A stretch of DNA of 64,000 nucleotides. Origin: Octopus vulgaris (lineage: Eukaryota). A model generated the notes under the pieces. The model was given only the letters and a program-made list of their open reading frames with translations. It was not told the origin of the DNA and did not search any database. This document shows, piece by piece, positions 56,775-64,000 of this stretch (positions are counted from its first letter, which is position 1; every line of letters begins with the position of its first letter). Location of the stretch: positions 138,756,001-138,820,000 of the forward strand of contig OX597817.1 of NCBI GenBank assembly GCA_951406725.2. The letters run 5' to 3'. The position numbers were made by a program, and so were the translations under genes.

Positions 56775-56845
56775 TATATAATATATATATGCATGTATCT
56801 ATATTAATATATATGTACGTATCTATATTAGTATATATGTATATA

Positions 56846-56884
<39 letters not shown>

Positions 56885-56891
56885 CATATAC

Positions 56892-56965
<74 letters not shown>

Positions 56966-57625
56966 TTATCATAAACACAAGTTTATCTCTTTTTCTTTAT
57001 GTACATGGTACTGGATGTCTTAAGAGCATTTCTATGATCCACCAGATATGTGTGTGTGTATGTGTGTTTTAATTTTCGACCTTTGCTATTATCTTGGGCT
57101 GAGACATACATTGTGAATGACAGTGAATAGAAAGAAACTATACGGAATCCTGCCGGATGCTCTGTATCTGTAACCGAATAGGTACATCGATTCCTTACAC
57201 TGTGCCGCGATGATTCTAAGAATTACATTAAAAATTCCTTAATTTAATGATCATGTAATTTTCGTGATCTTCGTCGAAACCGATGGAGATCCCCTTTACA
57301 GAAGGCAATTTTCTTCTGTTTAAATTGTGTCTGGTACTAATTTTTACAACGAGGTGTTTAAAGCAATCAATTTCATTATATCGTTAATGGCATCGATTAA
57401 TCTGTAAACGATTTCTAGTGGTCAGTAGTGACCAAGTGGTTGAGCATTTAGCCTAAACACTTCCTCTTCTTGACCAGGAAATCCACAATTCGGACCAACA
57501 TTATGGAATATCCTCTAGGACCATAATTTCCACGAATGTAATATTCTCTTTATCTAATCAGCCCTGGGGGCGGGTTTAAATTAATTATTCTATATTTGTG
57601 TGTAAAATAGATGTGTCTGTGTGTG

Positions 57626-57664
<39 letters not shown>

Positions 57665-58103
57665 TGCAAATATGATCTGATATTGGACTCAACTTGTGAT
57701 TTTCCAAAGGTGAGGCTAAAAGTAGACGGTGAAATTTTGACATATTTATTCTGTCTGTGAAATCTGTCCATTTTACCCAATGTATGAAGTTTTATACGGT
57801 ACATACACACATACATACACGCATGCACACACATACACACATACACGCATGCACACACACACATACACACACATACACGCATGCACACACACACATACAC
57901 GCATGCACACACACACACACTACAGGACTCAGTACGTTGGTTAAAATGTATAAGAGTTACGGTATCATGTATATATATGTAAATACGCAATAACGTATAT
58001 ACATATAAACATATGTATGTATAAATATATATGTATCTATCTCTCTCCCTCTCTCTCTCTCTCACTTTCTCTCTCTCACTCCCTCTCTCTCTCTCTCTCT
58101 CCC

Positions 58104-58152
<49 letters not shown>

Positions 58153-58607
58153 GATAGAGATATTGGTTACATCAAAAGTTTATACTCTACTCCGAGTATC
58201 GCCATCGACAAACATGAAACTGCCGAGGGCGAAAGACCGGGTAGGCTGTCTACATAACATATTAGATAGATAGATAGAATATAGTAATATATATATGTAT
58301 ATATATGGACATTCTTTTCACCTGTCATTTGAATTAAAAATATGATTTATTTGAATTTATTATATATTTTAAAGCAAGCATTACATACTTTGCACTGGCA
58401 CCGATATGTATACATACATACACACACATACAGGCATATCTATTTCTTTCTCTCTACCACCCTGCGGTCTCTCTCTCTCTCTCTCTCTCTCCCTCTCTCT
58501 CTTTTTATATATATAAATACACACACACACATATTTGCAACAATGCAAGCAGAAAACACGTGTAGTTCATTATAATATGCTTTACTTAAGGACTACAAAA
58601 TAAATTC

Positions 58608-58646
<39 letters not shown>

Positions 58647-58703
58647 ATACATATAAGATTTATATACATATAGGCATGTAAACATACAATTGTATAGTTT
58701 CAT

Positions 58704-58823
<120 letters not shown>

Positions 58824-59029
58824 AAACAGTCGAATTTCGTGGCGATTATATTTTGAAAGCGTGTTTTCTACGCATGAAAGACTTTTATGATTTGGTCTAC
58901 AAAAGAAATATTTGTTTCTTTTACGTTCAGAGTTAGGATCGGATAATGTTGTTCACATTGTTGTGTAGTCCTACGTCTAGCCATGACCATCCCATCATAA
59001 ACCCAGTCCCATTACATATATATATATAC

Positions 59030-59257
59030 CGTAGTAAGCACATAAATGTGAAACAAGTTGGAAAAAAGAGCACTCAAATACCAGAGGTAGAGTAATATGC
59101 TTTATTTAAAGGCAACAGAAATATAACAAAAGCTGTTACTCGGAGTTTCACGTTCCCGTTCGTCGGACAGTTTTGTTAAAAAAAAACTGCCCGACGAACG
59201 GGAACGTGAAACTCTGAGTAACATCGTTTGTTATATTTCTGCAGCTTTTAAATAAAG

Positions 59258-59259
<2 letters not shown>
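59030..59259. mobile_element. Asymmetric fold-back element with a hammerhead-like motif in each arm
   Basis: Arms 59098-59174 and 59183-59259 are reverse complements; motifs at 59133-59170 (-) and 59187-59224 (+). Confidence 0.75.
59133..59170 (-). ncRNA. Type I hammerhead-like motif (CCGACGA core variant)
   Basis: CUGU-CCGACGA-ACG(ggaa)CGU-GAA-ACUC(c)GAGU-A-ACAG: all three stems pair, GUA triplet, U4 replaced by C. Confidence 0.65.
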
Positions 59260-59310
<51 letters not shown>

Positions 59311-59311
59311 G

Positions 59312-59370
<59 letters not shown>

Positions 59371-59664
59371 TACTGTTGTGTTTAATGTATGACAGTCAAT
59401 TGAAGATGATAGAAGGTAATTTCAGAATCATTTGGCTGCTATTTCTAGCATGTCTCTCCTTTTCGTTAATTACAGTATTTACGCCAAAACAATTAGGCGA
59501 AGCCACTGTGTCAGCGCCATTGTGTGAGAAACAAAACTGTATCGTTTTTGTTAGTTATTTGGTCTGCATTGAAATGGGGGACCCTCACCTGTCACACCTC
59601 TCTTCCCCCACCTCCTTTCTCTCCTCTCTTTCTCTCTTTTCTCTTCTAGCTGACTTTAAATATA

Positions 59665-59731
<67 letters not shown>

Positions 59732-59755
59732 TACAAACACACACACACATATACG

Positions 59756-59810
<55 letters not shown>

Positions 59811-60066
59811 ATAAATATAATATGTATATATTTTCGAGGTCGATAAATTAAGTACCAGTTGCGTACTGGGGTCGATCTAAAGTTTCGGGCCTTGTGCCAA
59901 GAGTAGAAAAGATTATTATTATTATTATCTTCGTACTCTTGGTAGTTATTCCAGCGTTCTCTTTCGCTGAACCATTTAGTTATGGGGACGTAAATACACC
60001 AACATCGGTTATCAACTGGTAGAGGGGTGGGGCAGATGAAGACGCAAAAGCTCACACACCCACATA

Positions 60067-60142
<76 letters not shown>

Positions 60143-60143
<1 letters not shown>

Positions 60144-60553
60144 TTCTCTACTACCCACAAGGGGCTAAACATAGAGGGGACAAACAAGGACAGACAAACT
60201 GAATAAGTCGATTACATCGACCCAGTGTGAAACTGGTATTTTATTTATCGACCCCGAGAGGATGAAAGGCAAAGCCGACCTCGGCGGAATTTGAACTCAG
60301 AACGTAACGACAGACGAAATACCTATTTCTTTATTACTCACAAGGGACTAAACACAGAGGGGACAAACAAGGACAGACATAGGTATTAAGTCGATTACAT
60401 CGACCCCAATGCGTAACTGGTACTTAATTTATCGACCCCGAAAGGATGAAAGGCAAAGTCGACCTCGGCGGAATTTGAACTCACAACGTAACGCAGACGA
60501 AATACCGCTAAGCATTTGGCCTGGCGTGCTAACGTTTCTGTCAGCTCGCCGCC

Positions 60554-60555
<2 letters not shown>
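60143..60555 (-). mobile_element. Head-to-tail dimer of family B (tail type 1) SINE
   Basis: Full copy 60325-60555 followed directly by a 5'-truncated copy 60143-60320. Confidence 0.9.
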
Positions 60556-60593
<38 letters not shown>

Positions 60594-60764
60594 TATTAAT
60601 CGATTACATCGGGAAACAAAAAAACAACAACAATGGAACAATTACAGTATTATTATTATAGGCGCTCAAAGGAAATGGAAAGGCAGGGAGGTATGACCTT
60701 TCGAGCGGAGCTTTCGTCGGAAACATAAACGAAGGAAGAGACGAAATACCGAAAGATCCCGGAG

Positions 60765-60816
<52 letters not shown>

Positions 60817-61480
60817 ATGTTTAATGAAAGCCGATATTACATTTTGGCTGCTTGATTGGTTGGTTAATTTCTCCAGTCGCACGTTACATCATATATGGAG
60901 AAAGAGAGAGAGAGAGATGGAAAGAGAGAGTAAGTGGGCGAGAGAGAGAGTTTTAACATAAGAAGGGCAAGATGAGTGCACATATTATGTTTGGTGGCAG
61001 GCAATGAATAAAGGAACGTTACACGCGCACGCACGCGCACTGGGTGGAAGAAGGAATCAGAGAAGGCGAAGAGGAGGAGTGGGATTAAAGGAGGAAGAGA
61101 TTAATGGCAAGAGTTACGCAATTGAGGAATTTGTTTTACTACATTATATATAAACTTTATCGTTTACTTGTTTCAATCACCTGACTGTGGCCAAACTGGG
61201 GCACCGCCTTGAAAAACTTTTAATCAAATGAATCAACGCAACTGACACTTAATTTTATCGACCCCGTGTGTGGGGTGGGGCCTAGTAGTTAGGGTATTGG
61301 GCTGATAGTCGTAAGATCGTGGGTTCGATTTTTGCTGCGAGCCTTAGGTCCTTCAGCAAGGTACTTCATTTCACAGTGATCCAGTTTTGTCATTCGAAAA
61401 GAATAACAGCGTAGGATTGGTGCCCTACTCTACTTTGGTACTTGTTACCAGATCATACTTCGCGAAAGTGACGGCTCGGA

Positions 61481-61530
<50 letters not shown>

Positions 61531-61728
61531 CACACACACACATACACACACACGCACATATATATGCGTGTGGGTGCACTGAGAGCCTCAGTTCAAATCG
61601 CACGTCTCTTGATTGGGCTGGAGTATTTCTATTTTGGATGTATTTGGGGTACTTAATTGTGCTCATGACTTAGTGTTTTGCTTCTTCTATGGGTATGAGT
61701 AAGTATCTCATTTATTTCTTTGCCACAT

Positions 61729-61783
61729 GTATCACTGACGAAGGGAGGGTTCTTACGAACTAACCCTGAAATCGGTCCGATAT
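61729..61783 (+). ncRNA. Type I hammerhead motif in a probable Penelope-like relic (about 61570-61930)
   Basis: GUAUCA-CUGACGA-AGGG(...GUUCuuacGAAC...)CCCU-GAA-AUCGGU-C-CGAUAU; near-palindromic stem III, GUC triplet, one mismatch at the base of stem I. Confidence 0.65.
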
Positions 61784-61932
61784 GGTAATAATGAATTTTT
61801 TTAGAAATTTCTGTCGGCTTTTTTTCGAGTAGCGTGCGTATTGTGATAAATTATATGGTAATGGACAATATGTCCAATTTTCGGCATATTTGGCATTAGA
61901 ATTTTTTTTTCGGATGCTTTTATTTATAAGCT

Positions 61933-62026
<94 letters not shown>

Positions 62027-62152
62027 CAGGATTAAATAAAAAGAAAATAAACAGAAAATCTATATCAAATCTATATAATTAAAACAACGTGTAGTAGATA
62101 ATCAAACGAACATATACTGTATGTATGTATGTATGTATGTATGTATGAATGT

Positions 62153-62607
62153 GTGAGAAGACGGGAGAGGTATGCAGTAATATATGTCTGGAAGATCCTG
62201 GAAGAAATTGTGTCAAATTTTGGCATTGTAAGCTACACCAATGCCAGAAGGGGTCGACACTGCATAGTACCGAAGATCCCTGCAACGCCATCGCGCTTCA
62301 GGACCAGTTACTGCAACAGCCTGTGTTTCGAGGGCCCACAGCTTTTTTATATTCTCCCAAAGAGTCTGAGGAACTTGCACAAAGTAGATGTAGGGGATTT
62401 TAAATCAAAGCTGGACATCTTCCTGTCGAGAGTCCCAGATGAACGTACCTCACGGCAAGAGGTGCAAATGAGAATAGCTATATCAAACTCCATTCTTCAC
62501 CGAGTGCCACATATTAGAGGAGGCTCTTCGTAATAACAGTGTTGCACAAAACGGCGGTGCATCAGCATGGCCGCAGCTCTGAGCTGAAACAAGAAAACGA
62601 AAACGAA

Positions 62608-62608
<1 letters not shown>
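62153..62608 (+). mobile_element. 3' end of a CR1-group LINE (ORF2 C-terminus + short 3' UTR)
   Basis: RRRERYAVIYVWKILE...GPQLFYILPKSLRN...FKSKLDIFLSRVPDE...SNSIL, stop at 62531-62533; tail (GAAAAC)n. Confidence 0.85.
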
Positions 62609-62658
<50 letters not shown>

Positions 62659-62833
62659 AGTATATGTGTATATGTATGTGTAAATATATGTATATATATG
62701 TATGTATATATATATATGTATGTATATATATATGTGTGTGTGTAGAGAGAGAGATAAGGGAGAGAGAGAGAAAAAAAGAGGGAGAGGGAATGATGCAGAT
62801 AAACAAATACAACTGTTTGATGTACAAAATGTA

Positions 62834-63659
62834 CACGGTGCGATTTGTAAATTGTCGCTATTTTATGTTTGTTTTTTAATTTACGCATGCGCATTGTTTT
62901 TTTTTATTTTGTTGACTACACAGTATAGTAGGGTCAGTTGGGCACCGTCTGTGAGAAATGCAGCACCATGACGCAATTCAATCTGCCAGAAATTTGGAAA
63001 CGACTTGCTGTAATGCTTAGCATTTGCACTGGAAGCTCCAGTACGAACATTTCAGTGTCTTTGGCTGTCAATCTGAGGACATGTACCGAGAGTGATAAAT
63101 ATCAAACACCCAGTCAACATCATGGTGTTTGAAGTGATCACTAGTGATGGTGACATTATTCCTCCATTCATCTTCCCACACTGCCTCAGATTCAACACAG
63201 AGGTCTACATCAAGTGCTGCCCTGGATCATGAAGTCTCTGCATTATGCCACTTAAGCAGGAGAACCTAGTCATGACTGTCAAACAATTTCTCTGACCACA
63301 TCATCCCTAACATCTGGTCACCTAACTCCCCAGACTGCAACCCCCTTCATTATTATGTGTGGGGTGCAGTTGAGCGAGAAACCAACAAAACTCCTTGTAA
63401 CACCAAAGATGAACTAAAAGCAAGGATTATGTCAGCATTCACCAACTTAAAGAAGGAGATTGTCCATAAGAGTTGCAGGAGATTCCAAAATCACTTGGAG
63501 GCTATGGTTGAAGCGAATGGTGATTTTATTGAATAAGTTTATTCTTTAGCATTTCAAGATATTTTTATACAATTTTTGTAAATATATCTGTTAAAATGAG
63601 ATGTCAGTGTTATTTTCATTTTTGCGTAATTTAGACGACAGTTTATTCACTGCACCCTG
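62834..63659 (+). mobile_element. Internally deleted Tc1/mariner element (maT/DD37D-like)
   Basis: Imperfect TIRs CA(C/G)GGTGC...TAAA(T/C)TGTCG, TA at the left end; C-terminal transposase WSPNSPDCNPLHYYVWGAVERETNK...RRFQNHLEAMVEANGDFIE*. Confidence 0.85.
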
Positions 63660-64000
63660 TGTATGCATGGATACATGTAAATAGAAAGAAAGCTAAGACT
63701 GAAGGATTTCAGATTATGAATATTCAGATGATCTGTACTCTGTGTAAGTGTGTACAAAGACACAGAAAAATAAAGGGTGGAAGATATGGTGTTGCAAGTC
63801 CGACAGCTCTTTCTGGAGGTTAGGAGCTACTTTATAAGTTTGCTCTGTTAATATATAAATATCTATATATTTATACATGAATATTCATCGCCTGAAAATT
63901 TTTAGCCTTTGCTTTCTTTGTATTTACATGTATGTATGTACATGTATTTTGTGTATCAAACCCAAGCAGTTTTATTTGTTTATTCGTATCTGCTCACCCG

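Overview
Eukaryotic, AT-rich, microsatellite-saturated DNA whose repeat content (tRNA-headed SINEs with internal microsatellites, Dong/R4-type and CR1-type LINE relics, Penelope-like relics) looks like an octopus (coleoid cephalopod) genome; the species is an inference. Almost all ORFs in the supplied track are translations of (AT)n/(AC)n/(ATCT)n/(ATT)n repeats. The only credible host-gene sequence is a minus-strand exon at the left edge (acceptor at 1106-1107, ATG at 814). Its frame runs off the window and encodes a 12x His-rich repeat, a hydrophobic segment and a Thr/Pro stalk, so the rest of the window is probably intron or 5' flank of that gene. The remainder is layered mobile DNA: at least five SINE-like families, LINE fragments of four types, three Tc1/mariner relics, hAT-type MITEs and Helitron-like elements. 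The most notable signal is a set of about eight minimal type I hammerhead-ribozyme motifs. One sits in a Penelope relic that keeps its endonuclease C-terminus. Another sits in a tRNA-headed (Pol III) short element inserted as an asymmetric fold-back with a 12-bp target-site duplication, i.e. a candidate Penelope-mobilised, ribozyme-bearing SINE. Two SINE families share their 3' ends with LINE relics found in the same window.
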